From contig DATFXM010000194.1 of the NCBI GenBank assembly GCA_035315885.1, positions 172,825 to 236,824 on the forward strand: a DNA stretch of 64,000 nt, given 5' to 3'. The notes under the pieces are model-generated. The model ran no database searches. It had not been told where the DNA came from and saw nothing but the letters and a program-made list of their open reading frames with translations. The DNA is from Blastocatellia bacterium. Its GTDB lineage: Bacteria; Acidobacteriota; Blastocatellia; UBA7656. Positions 18,567 through 28,140 of this stretch are shown here, piece after piece. The first letter of the stretch is position 1, and each line of letters starts with the position of its first letter. A program made the translations under genes and the position numbers.

Positions 18567-19615
18567 CTGTAACCGTCTCGACCGGCCGCGACTGCAGCGC
18601 CGAGCTGATTCTCGATTTTTACGTTCATCTCGCCGACGCAGTAGTTCCTGGCGACCGCTATCGCGTTGCGTATCGCCTTCGGGCTCGATCGTCCGTGACA
18701 GATAACCGTCACGCCTCTTATCCCAAGCAAAGGCGCGCCACCGTATTCTGCGTAGTCCAATCTTTTCTTGAACTGCCTGAACGCCGGTCGAGTCAAAACC
18801 GCTCCCGCCTTCGTCTGCAAAGAAGCCTTTAGCTCGTGCTTAAGCAAAAGCATGATGAATTCGAACACGCCCTCGCTAACCTTCAGGGCTACGTTTCCGG
18901 TGAACCCGTCACAAACCACAACGTCGACCTGACCGGTATACATGTCGCGGCCTTCGACGTTGCCCACGAAGTTGAGGGATGAACTCTTCAAGAGCTTGAA
19001 GGCTTCCTTTGTAAGATCGTTGCCCTTGACTTCTTCTTCGCCGATCGACAGCAACCCGATTCTCGGACTCCTCACGCCTACGATCACACTGGAATAGAGA
19101 GAGCCCATTACCGCGAAATCGTAAAGGTGTGCAGGCTTGCACTCCGCGTTGGCGCCAACGTCGAGTATGACGGTTCCCGGACCGGCAAGAGTTGGGAGTA
19201 CAGTAGCGAGGGCGGGTCGATCTACGTTTGGCAGCGCGCCGATCACCAGCTTGGAGGTCATCATCACCGCTCCGGTGTTACCGGCGCTTACGAGCGCCTG
19301 CGCCTGCCCATCCCGAACGAGTTTTGCGGCAATGCGAATCGAGCTGTGCTTCTTGCGCCTGACGGCGACCGCGACCGGGTCGCTCATAGTGATGACTTCC
19401 GGCGCGTCGACGATTTCGATGTTAGAGCTGCGCCAGTATTTTGCGCGTCCGAGGGCACGGCTGCGGCGGTGTTTATCCAGCTCGGCCTGGATCAACTCAG
19501 ATCGGCCGACCAGAACAACCCCGACTCCCAGATCGTGGACCGCTTCGAGGGCGCCCTCAACCTCGCTGGCTGGAGCGAAATCCCCTCCCATTGCGTCGAT
19601 TGCGATCTTCAGCAT
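18563..19615 (-). CDS. plsX: Phosphate acyltransferase.
   Basis: IAIDAMGGDFAP at the N-terminus. The gene overlaps fabD by 4 nt. Confidence 0.85.
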   Translation of the reverse strand: MLKIAIDAMGGDFAPASEVEGALEAVHDLGVGVVLVGRSELIQAELDKHRRSRALGRAKYWRSSNIEIVDAPEVITMSDPVAVAVRRKKHSSIRIAAKLVRDGQAQALVSAGNTGAVMMTSKLVIGALPNVDRPALATVLPTLAGPGTVILDVGANAECKPAHLYDFAVMGSLYSSVIVGVRSPRIGLLSIGEEEVKGNDLTKEAFKLLKSSSLNFVGNVEGRDMYTGQVDVVVCDGFTGNVALKVSEGVFEFIMLLLKHELKASLQTKAGAVLTRPAFRQFKKRLDYAEYGGAPLLGIRGVTVICHGRSSPKAIRNAIAVARNYCVGEMNVKIENQLGAAVAAGRDGYR

Positions 19616-19716
19616 AAGTCAGGACCGAATGCTCGCTGCGGGCGCGTGCTCGAAGTGAACCTCACTTTGGGCGCGCTGGATCGGTAGACCGGAAGCGGCA
19701 ATCAGGCGCCGGCCCC

Positions 19717-19902
19717 TTACTCTTCTTCCTTGATTTCGATAGCGACGCGGCCTCGATAGAAGCCACACTTCGGACAGACTCGATGAGGCGGCCGAGGTTC
19801 GCCGCAATTCGGGCAGTTGCCGACAGCCGGCGCGGTCAGGTGGTCGTGGGCTCTCCTCTTTCCAGTGCGCGACTTGGAATGTTTTCGCTTAGGATTTGGC
19901 AT
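19717..19902 (-). CDS. rpmF: 50S ribosomal protein L32.
   Basis: MPNPKRKHSKSRTGKRRAH with a C-terminal CPNCGE...CPKCGFYRG zinc ribbon. Confidence 0.9.
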   Translation of the reverse strand: MPNPKRKHSKSRTGKRRAHDHLTAPAVGNCPNCGEPRPPHRVCPKCGFYRGRVAIEIKEEE

Positions 19903-19926
19903 TATTTACTCCCTATGAATTCGTCT

Positions 19927-20448
19927 TCAGCTATCAAGTTTAAATTGTTTCAGCGCCGCCCATCGCGGATCTGCAGGTTCTCTCTTGCAGTCACACCGCG
20001 CATCGTTGAGGTTTGCGCCGCACTCCGGGCAAAGCCCCTTGCATTCTTCCCGGCAAAGCCTGTGCATCGGCAACGCCAGTTCAATTTGTTCGCGCACGAC
20101 ATCGTCGAGGTCAATAACCTGATCTCGATAGAAGCCCACTTCAAGATCTTCTTCAACCAGCTCGCTTTCATCTGAGGTTCCGAGCGGCGGAACATAGACG
20201 AGATCGAACTTCTGCTTGACCGGTACCCGAGTCGAGCTCAAGCACCGGTCGCAATTAAACTCGACTTCTGCGTTGAGCTCACCTTCGAGCTCGACCCGAT
20301 CACCTTCGCGCGTTGCCATGGCGTCGAGCGTCGACTTTCCAACCAGTCTGCTTCGCTCTCGTTCGCCTAAGACCGGCTCGCCTTCGGGGTAGACGTGGTG
20401 AATTGTGAGTCCCTCGTCTTCTCTTATCTGAGCCACGTTAATGTTCAT
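19927..20448 (-). CDS. yceD: YceD/DUF177 family protein.
   Basis: CDRCLS...CREECKGLCPECGANLN Cys cluster. Conserved position upstream of rpmF-plsX. Confidence 0.8.
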   Translation of the reverse strand: MNINVAQIREDEGLTIHHVYPEGEPVLGERERSRLVGKSTLDAMATREGDRVELEGELNAEVEFNCDRCLSSTRVPVKQKFDLVYVPPLGTSDESELVEEDLEVGFYRDQVIDLDDVVREQIELALPMHRLCREECKGLCPECGANLNDARCDCKREPADPRWAALKQFKLDS

Positions 20449-20589
20449 TTGAGGGCTCCGCCCGAAAGCCGACCCCGTCTGCCACCGTGACTCGACCCCT
20501 AGGAGGCGATCACACAGAAAGGCGCTTCAACGCAAAAGATAGTCATTATATAAGACACTCCTCTATTGTCAACTTAGCCAGTTATTGAG

Positions 20590-20735
20590 CGAAGGGCGCG
20601 AAGGGGCGAGGGGCCCTGCCGGTGCCAGACCCGGATGAATGCCCTTTGTACACACTGTACACTCGCGCCTCTCTTCCTCCGCGTCCCCGCGTCTCCGGTT
20701 CGCGCATTCGCCCCTTCGCTCTCCCCTCCCCTTAA
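20590..20735. repeat. Oligopurine/oligopyrimidine imperfect palindrome in the divergent promoter region.
   Basis: gagcgaagggcgcgaaggggcgagggg ... cgccccttcgctctcccctcccc. Confidence 0.6.
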
Positions 20736-20740
20736 TTTCA

Positions 20741-20782
20741 GGAACTTTACGCCTCCCCAGGCGTGTTTGTAGGCGGTATAAT
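20741..20782 (+). promoter_or_regulatory. Candidate ECF-type autoregulatory promoter (GGAAC-N16-CGTG) plus an adjacent TATAAT hexamer upstream of the sigma gene.
   Basis: GGAAC at 20741-20745, a 16-nt spacer, CGTG at 20762-20765. TATAAT at 20777-20782. A GGAG RBS about 12 nt before ATG 20821. Confidence 0.4.
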
Positions 20783-20820
20783 CTGGGAGGTTGACTAACG
20801 ACGGAGAAGAAATCGGGCGA

Positions 20821-21450
20821 ATGGCCGCGATTACTCATCAGGCGCAAACAATAGAGCTGGGCGGCAGCCGTTCTATCGAATCGGCGAACGACCACGAACT
20901 TCTGGTCGCGATCAGAGACGGAGACGAGTCTGCCTTTCAGGAAATCGTGCGTCGCTACCGCAATCCAATAACCAATTTCATCTATCGGATGCTCGATGAC
21001 TACGACCGGTCGGTGGAATTAGCGCAGGAGACGTTTATAAGAGTGTACACGAGCGCGTCGCGATACCAGGCCAACTACAGCTTCTCGACTTATATCTATC
21101 GCATCGCCACCAATCTTGCGATCAGCGAACTGCGCAAGCGGAAGCGGCGCAAACTCGTGTCGTTATTCTCGCCTTATACGAACGAAGACGGCGAGACTCT
21201 CGAGATGGACCCGCCCGATCAAACCACTCTGCAAGACGAGGCACTAATCGAAGACGAGCGGCGGAAGGCCGTCTCCCGCGCGATCAAGTCGTTGCCCGAA
21301 AAGTATCGCGCGGCGGTAGTCCTGCGGGATGTTGAAGGGCTCAGCTATGATCGGATCGCTGAGGTCATGAATCTTTCTGAAGGCACGGTGAAATCGCGCA
21401 TCAACCGCGCCCGAAATCTGTTGAAGGAAAAACTGAGCGCGTATGTTTAG
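20821..21450 (+). CDS. ECF-subfamily RNA polymerase sigma-70 factor.
   Basis: Sigma-70 region 2 (YRNPITNFIYRML...ELAQETFIRVY) and region 4 (VVLRDVEGLSYDRIAEVMNLSEGTVKSRINRAR). I prefer the ATG at 20821 over the track's TTG at 20791. Confidence 0.8.
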   Translation: MAAITHQAQTIELGGSRSIESANDHELLVAIRDGDESAFQEIVRRYRNPITNFIYRMLDDYDRSVELAQETFIRVYTSASRYQANYSFSTYIYRIATNLAISELRKRKRRKLVSLFSPYTNEDGETLEMDPPDQTTLQDEALIEDERRKAVSRAIKSLPEKYRAAVVLRDVEGLSYDRIAEVMNLSEGTVKSRINRARNLLKEKLSAYV

Positions 21451-21481
21451 ACTTCCGTCTGTAACCCGGGGTGAAAGTTTT

Positions 21482-22150
21482 ATGAATGGCTGCGAAAGAA
21501 TAATGAGCTTGATCGACCAGTCGCATCGGCCGGACGTGCTCCCTATTGAGGCCGAGGCGCACATCGACGCGTGTGAGTCGTGCCGCTTGTTTGCCAATGA
21601 ACGCGCGGCATTGCGAGATCTGCTGGCGTCGAGCGCCAGAGTCACTGTCCCTGAGAATTTTGACTTTGTGTTGAAACAAAAGCTGGCAGCGAGCAGTTCG
21701 CCAGCCGCGGCTTCGTGGATGACGCCGGCTTTCTATTTCAGGTTAGCTGCTAGTGCAGCAGCGGTGGTGATCCTGGCAATCATTTTTGTGCCCAGGTATT
21801 TTCAAGCCGGCAAGTCCGGCCCTGTGGCGATTGACAGGGTAGAGGCGCCAAAACCGGGGGCGGACCAGGTCACTCCCTTGCCTGACATCGTTCATTCGCC
21901 GATAGGCCCGAGCGTCACACCTGTCGTTCTTAACGGTCGCAATTCATCGCGTGGGCAGTCGCGTGCGAGATACACGCCGCCACCGCCGGAAGAAGTCTAC
22001 CTGGGCGATGACCGAACAGGTACGTTGTTGATCAGGAGCGATGCCGGAGATGTGGAGCTGCCGATGCGTACCGTGAGCTATGGATCTCAGTCTCCGTTCT
22101 ACGGAGCAGAACCGCGGCAATCGGTTCGAGCGACGCCTCGAACCTTCTAG
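21482..22150 (+). CDS. Anti-sigma factor of the zinc-finger type, single-pass membrane.
   Basis: H-x3-C-x2-C (EAHIDACESCRL) in the N-terminal domain. A TM helix AFYFRLAASAAAVVILAIIFV. Located immediately after the ECF sigma. Alternative start at 21443. Confidence 0.65.
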   Translation: MNGCERIMSLIDQSHRPDVLPIEAEAHIDACESCRLFANERAALRDLLASSARVTVPENFDFVLKQKLAASSSPAAASWMTPAFYFRLAASAAAVVILAIIFVPRYFQAGKSGPVAIDRVEAPKPGADQVTPLPDIVHSPIGPSVTPVVLNGRNSSRGQSRARYTPPPPEEVYLGDDRTGTLLIRSDAGDVELPMRTVSYGSQSPFYGAEPRQSVRATPRTF

Positions 22151-22196
22151 GTTTTTCTCTGGTTGAGGTCTCTAGTAGTCCCAAGACTGAAAACCG

Positions 22197-23834
22197 ATGA
22201 TTAGTAGAGTAATAAGTTCAAGCTTTTTGGTGGCGCTTGCCTGTGTTTCGGCGAGCGCACAGATGACCTACAAGACGAATGTTGAACGGTCGAGCATTCC
22301 CTGGGCAGTTTCCGTAGTCCATACTATCGATCTTCAGAAGGCACTTGCGCAGGTCAGGCAAAACGGGAAAATCCGATTCGGACTTCCGCCCTCTGCTCCG
22401 GCAGTGCTGTATAACGTGGCAACCGGCGTCCTGGTCGACGACAAGGGCCATGTCGTAACGCGGCTCGGATTCCTGGACGGACCGGCGGGTGAGCAAAAAA
22501 TAACCGTGGCTGCCAGCGACGGCACCAGCCTGATGGCGAAGCTCGTTGGAGTCGACCTTGCAACCGGATTCGCGGTGCTCGAAGTTGCATCCCTTAAGGG
22601 CTCGGCTCCCAAGGTGGCGCCGCCCGATTCAGTGGCGAAAGCAAACGTGCGCATCTTGAGCACCGACGTGTCCGAAAAACCGGCAACACCGAGCGGCTCC
22701 GCAAAGCTCTACCTCTCGGCATTTTTCAAACAGTCACAAGGCCGAGTAATAGAGGACAGCCCGTACTCGAAATCCTGCGGCGCGCTGACGCTTTTGTCGG
22801 ATAGTTTCAGGTCAAAAGGCGACAGCAGCCTCATAACGACATTCGATAATGAATTGATCGGGATGGCGCAGTATGCGGGTTTCGGACGCGCCTACGTCTT
22901 CCCGTTCGCCTTCATTCGTGACACGGTTGCGCGGCGCGTTATCGAAAACAATGCCGACGTACCGGCGGGCTGGCTCGGGATATTAGGCGTCAGTGCAGCG
23001 ACGCTCTCCGTGGAGCAAGCGTCTCAGATAGGAATCAAGCCGACTCGTGGAGTAGTGGTCAGTGAGATCGTGCCGGACAGCCCCGCGGCGAAGTCCGGAA
23101 TGCGGACCAACGACTTGGTGCTGGCGGTCAACGACGCTAATGTCACCGGAGCACCTGACCTTGCCCGGATGCTGTCGTCTTATTCGGCGGGGGCAAAGGT
23201 TTCGCTGCGAGTTTTACGAGAGAGCAAGCCGCTCGAGCTTCAGTGCGTGCTGGGCGCAAGACATCTTTCAGATCAGGAAAAGTTTGCGCAAGCGTTTCCC
23301 GGACCCGAGCTGACGGTCAATTCAGAGATTGAGGAAATAAAAAGGCGACTAGAAGAGCTCGGAGCAGTGTATCGCCAGTACCTGAAAACTCCGGCGTCGC
23401 CCGAAACTACTGAGGCGTTGCGCGAGATCCAGTTTGAGATCCATTTCCTGAACGACAGCTTGCGCGCATTGTTGCCGCCGGGATCGGAAACAACTGCTCC
23501 GCGGCCAGCCGCTGCCCAGACTCCGCCGGTAGATCTCACTCAAGATCCTGAAAGCAGGGTGCACCTGTCGCTCGGTTTCTGGGCTCGCGAGCTGAAGCCG
23601 GGATTTGCGTCAACGGTGTTTGGCATTCCTGGTGGAATGCTTGTAGACGCAGTCGGCAGCAACACGCCGGCCGACCGCGCCGGGCTGAAAGCGGGAGATG
23701 TCATCGTAGGCCTGGCCGACAAACGTCTATTGAAACTGGCGCAGCTTCAGGCAGCGGTGGCGAGCACTACGACTCCTGTCGAACTCAGAGTGGTGCGCAA
23801 CAAAGAGCAGATCTCGATCACCATTGCGCCTTAG
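22197..23834 (+). CDS. Secreted HtrA/DegS-like protein with two PDZ domains. The protease-domain triad is only partly conserved.
   Basis: Signal peptide MISRVISSSFLVALACVSASA. A DegP-like core (DKGHVVTRL; KGDSSLITTFDNELIGM, compare GNSGG...GELIGI). No Asp is visible at the expected catalytic position. PDZ1 is VVVSEIVPDSPAAKSGMRTNDLVLAVN. PDZ2 is GMLVDAVGSNTPADRAGLKAGDVIVGL. Confidence 0.65.
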   Translation: MISRVISSSFLVALACVSASAQMTYKTNVERSSIPWAVSVVHTIDLQKALAQVRQNGKIRFGLPPSAPAVLYNVATGVLVDDKGHVVTRLGFLDGPAGEQKITVAASDGTSLMAKLVGVDLATGFAVLEVASLKGSAPKVAPPDSVAKANVRILSTDVSEKPATPSGSAKLYLSAFFKQSQGRVIEDSPYSKSCGALTLLSDSFRSKGDSSLITTFDNELIGMAQYAGFGRAYVFPFAFIRDTVARRVIENNADVPAGWLGILGVSAATLSVEQASQIGIKPTRGVVVSEIVPDSPAAKSGMRTNDLVLAVNDANVTGAPDLARMLSSYSAGAKVSLRVLRESKPLELQCVLGARHLSDQEKFAQAFPGPELTVNSEIEEIKRRLEELGAVYRQYLKTPASPETTEALREIQFEIHFLNDSLRALLPPGSETTAPRPAAAQTPPVDLTQDPESRVHLSLGFWARELKPGFASTVFGIPGGMLVDAVGSNTPADRAGLKAGDVIVGLADKRLLKLAQLQAAVASTTTPVELRVVRNKEQISITIAP

Positions 23835-23835
23835 G

Positions 23836-23905
23836 AAGTTCTGAGTTCTGAGTGCCAACCCCGAATGGGTTCTTACTCAGAACTCAGGGCTCAGAACTTC
23901 CTCTT
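23836..23905. repeat. Palindromic heptamer element (ttctgag/ctcagaa) with a small central hairpin module.
   Basis: ggaagttctgagttctgag-tgccaaccccgaatgggttcttac-tcagaactcagggctcagaacttcc. Confidence 0.8.
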
Positions 23906-23951
23906 CCCTTGCTCCATTCCAACGACTTTGTGATACTTAGCAGCACTCGCC

Positions 23952-25682
23952 GTGATAAACGACCGTAACCCCCGATGGGCGACGTTGTTGCTTGTTTTAC
24001 TCGCGATCGCCACTTCTCCCTACTTCGTGCGCCTCGGTGCCTCTTCGCTGTGGGACTCCAACGAAGCCTTTTACGCCGAGACTCCTCGTGAGATGGCCGA
24101 GTCGTCGGACTTTATAAGCCCCCGCTTCAACTACCAGCCCCGCTTCAATAAACCTCCGCTTTCCTATTGGATTGTCGCTGGCTTTTACGAGTTGTTCGGC
24201 GTCTCGGTAACGATTGAACGCCTGGCAATCGTGCTCGGCGGACTCGGAATTGTTGCCATCGCCTATGCGCTTACAAGGATCGCATTCTGTCATGAGGCCG
24301 CGCTTGTCGCGGCGGCGATGCTGGCCTCATCGCCGCGCCTGTTGATGTTCGCCAGGCGAATCATGATTGATGTCTATGTCTCGCTCTTCATGGGACTGGC
24401 GTTGTTGTTTTTCGCCCTGGCCTCATCTACACCCAACCGCCGAAGAACCTATCTTTCGTTGATGTACTGCTCTATCGGACTTGGCGTGTTAACAAAAGGA
24501 CCGATCGCGCTCCTGCTTCCAACCGTCGCAATCGGAGTTTTCCTGATCTTCGCGCGAAAGCCGGGAGAAATACGAAAGCTGATGTTGCCGGCCGGCGTTT
24601 TAATCATCGCCGCCATTGTGCTTCCGTGGTACGCGGCAGTGTACGCTCAACATGGCTGGCGCTATATCGAGGCATTTCTCCTTGAAGACAATCTCTCGCG
24701 ATACGCTGAACGCGCGTGGGGTCCGACTCGCAGTTTCCTTTTTTATATTCCCGTTCTTGCCGTAGACCTGTTCCCCTCTTCGATCTTTCTGGCTCCAGGA
24801 GTCTGGCTCGCATTTAAACTGCAACGCGCGCCGGCAACCGGTTCCGAGCAAACCGAGGAAAAAGAGCAAGAGCAAAACGCCGAACAGACCCTGCGCAACC
24901 GCCTTCCGCTGCTTTATGCGGTCTGGCTTGCGGTCATCGTAGTGTTCTTCTCGCTATCAAAGAGCAAGGAAGACTTGTACATCCTTCCAGTTTATCCTGC
25001 TGCTGCGGCGTTATCTGGAATCATCAGCTGGCAACTGCTGAGCAGGCAGCTCACGGGTCGAATGTATACAGCCACGCGCTGGCTGCTTGGGTGCGGAGGA
25101 CTTCTTTTTGCGATAGCCGGAGCTGCGGGAGCTTACCTGCTGTCATATCGCGAGTCATCCTACGCGCTTGCCGGGGCGGGCTTGTTTGGCTCAGCGGCGT
25201 TTGTCGGAGGCGTGCTCACGATTCTGAGCGCAAAGCAGCGTCTGTCGACCCTGGCAATAGTCGCGCTTGTAGTGTTCGTGTCGATCATAAACTGGGGCTT
25301 TGTGTTGATCACCCTGCCGGACTTCGAGCGCTACAAACCGGTGGCCCAACTTTGCAAGACGATTCAGGATCGCGCGTCGGACGATGCACTCATAGGCTAC
25401 TACCGGCTGGCGTCTCCCAGCATGGTCTTCTATCTGCGCAGGCCGGTCTTCGAGTTCTATGAGCCGAAGGAGCTGCAGCAGGCTCTCTGCAGCGGCAAGG
25501 AAGTCTTTTGTATCATTCCTCGCTCGGACTACGAAGCACTGCGTCCACTGTTACCGGTGGAAACGCATGTTCTTGCCAGCAGTCCGGTGTTTCAAGTAAA
25601 GTTAAAGCGCATTCTTGATAAGGTGTCACCTCCTCAAGTATTGCTTATATCCAACACAGTGGAGCAAACCACCGAGCAATGA
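23952..25682 (+). CDS. GT-C glycosyltransferase of the ArnT/PMT_2 (GT83/GT39) type.
   Basis: WDSNEAFYAE and NKPPLSYW motifs in the first periplasmic loop. About 12 TM helices. A C-terminal soluble domain. Confidence 0.75.
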   Translation: MINDRNPRWATLLLVLLAIATSPYFVRLGASSLWDSNEAFYAETPREMAESSDFISPRFNYQPRFNKPPLSYWIVAGFYELFGVSVTIERLAIVLGGLGIVAIAYALTRIAFCHEAALVAAAMLASSPRLLMFARRIMIDVYVSLFMGLALLFFALASSTPNRRRTYLSLMYCSIGLGVLTKGPIALLLPTVAIGVFLIFARKPGEIRKLMLPAGVLIIAAIVLPWYAAVYAQHGWRYIEAFLLEDNLSRYAERAWGPTRSFLFYIPVLAVDLFPSSIFLAPGVWLAFKLQRAPATGSEQTEEKEQEQNAEQTLRNRLPLLYAVWLAVIVVFFSLSKSKEDLYILPVYPAAAALSGIISWQLLSRQLTGRMYTATRWLLGCGGLLFAIAGAAGAYLLSYRESSYALAGAGLFGSAAFVGGVLTILSAKQRLSTLAIVALVVFVSIINWGFVLITLPDFERYKPVAQLCKTIQDRASDDALIGYYRLASPSMVFYLRRPVFEFYEPKELQQALCSGKEVFCIIPRSDYEALRPLLPVETHVLASSPVFQVKLKRILDKVSPPQVLLISNTVEQTTEQ

Positions 25683-26752
25683 AGAAAACTCTGCTGACCA
25701 CGGCCAAGGTCGTAGTAAGCGTCGGCATACTAACGTACATATTCACTCACGTTGTCGACATACGGCACCTATGGGCCAACCTCAGGGAGGCTGACTTCTC
25801 GTTGTTCGCCGCCGCCGTCGTTGTGTATTTCGGTGTTCAGGCGTTGAGCGCTTATCGATGGCATGCGCTGCTAAAACCCCAGGGAATCGAGGTCAGCTAT
25901 CCGCGAATTCTCGCCTTTTACTTCCTGGGCATGTACTTCAACTTCTTCCTGCCGTCCACCATCGGCGGAGACGTCTTTCGCATTTACTACCTGAGAAAGG
26001 AATCGGGGCGTTTGAGCGCATCGAGCGCTTCAGTGTTCCTTGATCGCGACATTGGGATGGGAGGGCTTGTGCTGCTCGCCACGGTAGTAGCAGCGGCGGC
26101 AGGAATCGAGTTCAAAGGAGTACCGCTCGCTCTGCCTTTCGGTGTCGTAGTACTCGGCTTCGTCATTGCGAACCTGGCGATTTTTTATCGCCCGACTTAC
26201 AACTTCATACACCGGCTTCTGTTGGTCTTCAGAATGAAGAGTGCAGATGTAAAAGTCGAACGGATCTTCGAGTCGGTCAATTGCTACCGCGGTAAGTGGC
26301 GACTGTGGGCAGTGACTTTGTTGATGTCGGTCGGAGTGCAGGTAGGTTGCGTTCTGGTAAATACTCTGTGCGCCGCCGCCATTGGGATGCAAACCAGGCA
26401 CGGCTGGTTAGACTTTCTCGTCTTCATCCCGACGATCGGCCTCGTCAGCATGATTCCCGTATCGGTAAACGGCACTGGCTGGCGAGAAGCGTCATACATC
26501 CTGCTGTTTCAGTCGGTAATCACCGATCCGGACCAGACTCACGCGGCGGCTCAGGCTGCGACCCTCGCCCTGCTGTGGCTCGGTGTGACAGTCATCGTGT
26601 CCTTGCCCGGCGGCATCATCTATGTGCTGAGAGGCTCTCGCAAAGAGGATCGCCCACCAGAGTCGGCCGATTTTCTTGAACCCGACCCAAACGCAAACGG
26701 AAGCAACCTTTCAACGTTGCAACACGACGAAGAATCGGTTTCCACGGTTTGA
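25679..26752 (+). CDS. MprF/YbhN-type 'flippase-like' integral membrane protein.
   Basis: About 8 TM helices. Conserved PSTIGGDVFRIYYL motif. ATGA overlap with the upstream GT-C gene. Confidence 0.65.
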   Translation: MKKTLLTTAKVVVSVGILTYIFTHVVDIRHLWANLREADFSLFAAAVVVYFGVQALSAYRWHALLKPQGIEVSYPRILAFYFLGMYFNFFLPSTIGGDVFRIYYLRKESGRLSASSASVFLDRDIGMGGLVLLATVVAAAAGIEFKGVPLALPFGVVVLGFVIANLAIFYRPTYNFIHRLLLVFRMKSADVKVERIFESVNCYRGKWRLWAVTLLMSVGVQVGCVLVNTLCAAAIGMQTRHGWLDFLVFIPTIGLVSMIPVSVNGTGWREASYILLFQSVITDPDQTHAAAQAATLALLWLGVTVIVSLPGGIIYVLRGSRKEDRPPESADFLEPDPNANGSNLSTLQHDEESVSTV

Positions 26753-26820
26753 GAAATTGAAACGGCTTCACCTCAGCCAGCGTTAGCGGTAGAGATAATT
26801 TTTTCTTTGAGGTTGCTCGC

Positions 26821-27360
26821 GTGATCAGTACACTAAAAGCATTATCGATGATCCTGCTCTTTTCGGTCGCAGGATTCGCGCAGGACAAGAAACCAACTCA
26901 AAAGCCCCTGAGCCAGGAAGAGCTCAATAAGATGGATGCCCACGCGATGAGACCCCCTACAGGGGCTTCGTTCTACATCGAGGCAATCAAGGACGCGATG
27001 GGTCAGTACAGCGTGCTGCTTGGAGATTCGAACAATCGTATAGTCACGGGCACTTATCAGGGATCCGAAATCGCGGCCTTCGAGGCCGTTCTTTCCAGCG
27101 CCGTCGATTTTGCGAGAACCGACGAGGCAGTAGGTCAAACCTCTCGCTTCGCAGACAAAACAACCAAATCAGTTTTCGTAGACGTCGAAAAAACGCCAAA
27201 GGCGAGCAAATACTGGGTGACACTCATATATGGCCGAAGCAAGGTCACCGTCGATTGCGGAGCGCTGGATCGCAGCGGAAAAGCCGTGAGCCGCAGCGCT
27301 CTCATCCTCGACATACTGGAAAAAGTCAAAACGGCCAGGGCGAACGCGCCATCACAATAA
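26821..27360 (+). CDS. Secreted hypothetical protein.
   Basis: Signal peptide MISTLKALSMILLFSVAGFAQ. No recognisable motifs. Confidence 0.5.
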   Translation: MISTLKALSMILLFSVAGFAQDKKPTQKPLSQEELNKMDAHAMRPPTGASFYIEAIKDAMGQYSVLLGDSNNRIVTGTYQGSEIAAFEAVLSSAVDFARTDEAVGQTSRFADKTTKSVFVDVEKTPKASKYWVTLIYGRSKVTVDCGALDRSGKAVSRSALILDILEKVKTARANAPSQ

Positions 27361-28110
27361 CGCAGCGACATCGGGCAACCAGAACCCGTACTCGCGACCG
27401 CCGTACTCACGTCGAACCTGCATCAGACACATTGAGCCCAGCTCGTCTGCAGCACGGCCGAGATAGGTAAAGTGCGGCAGATCTCCAGTCACTGTTCTGA
27501 ACCACCCACAGTCGTTCAAAACAATTTCGACTCGGTCATCCTCGTACTCTTTGAGATCGAACGCGAGCAACGAGAGGTGTTGCGAAGCTCCGGGGGCGGC
27601 TACCGAATACAGAATCGACTTGTCGAAATAGGTTCCGAAGAACAACTCGCCACCCTGTTCCAACTCCAGGACCGCGCCGACCTGATCCGGGAGAGCCAGC
27701 GCCGATATCCGCGCAGCCGATTCCTCGTCGATCCTCCCAAGCGACTTCCAATGCTCCAATCCTCTAGTGACGTTTCGAACCCACAGCCTGACCGTGTCCG
27801 CATAGACTCGAGCGCCGGAATCTTCCGCACGAGCGGTCAGACTGAGACCGGCCCTCGATGCGCGGGCCGCGGCTTCTTTTAGCGCAGCCATCGCGTCGCG
27901 CTGCAAAATCATTTCGTAATCGCCAAAAAAACCTGACGCGGTCGCGAGCGCGGATTGATATTCTGAGACTGCTTGCTCGTCCGAGAAGATCACCACGGGC
28001 GGTGGAGTCGCGGTTGTGACGAACACAGCGCCGTACTCGGCAAACAACCTCTGGTGCACCGCAGGCCCCAAGCTGGAACGTACTCGCTTCAGAGTTTCGC
28101 AACCTGACAT
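27352..28110 (-). CDS. Hypothetical protein, possibly a peptidase M15 (VanY/LD-carboxypeptidase-like).
   Basis: H-x6-D (SQHLSLLAFD) and a downstream DLPHFTY resemble M15 zinc-binding motifs. The call is weak. Confidence 0.35.
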   Translation of the reverse strand: MSGCETLKRVRSSLGPAVHQRLFAEYGAVFVTTATPPPVVIFSDEQAVSEYQSALATASGFFGDYEMILQRDAMAALKEAAARASRAGLSLTARAEDSGARVYADTVRLWVRNVTRGLEHWKSLGRIDEESAARISALALPDQVGAVLELEQGGELFFGTYFDKSILYSVAAPGASQHLSLLAFDLKEYEDDRVEIVLNDCGWFRTVTGDLPHFTYLGRAADELGSMCLMQVRREYGGREYGFWLPDVAALL

Positions 28111-28140
28111 AGCTTCGGTAGTCTCTCGCTAGGCTGAGGT

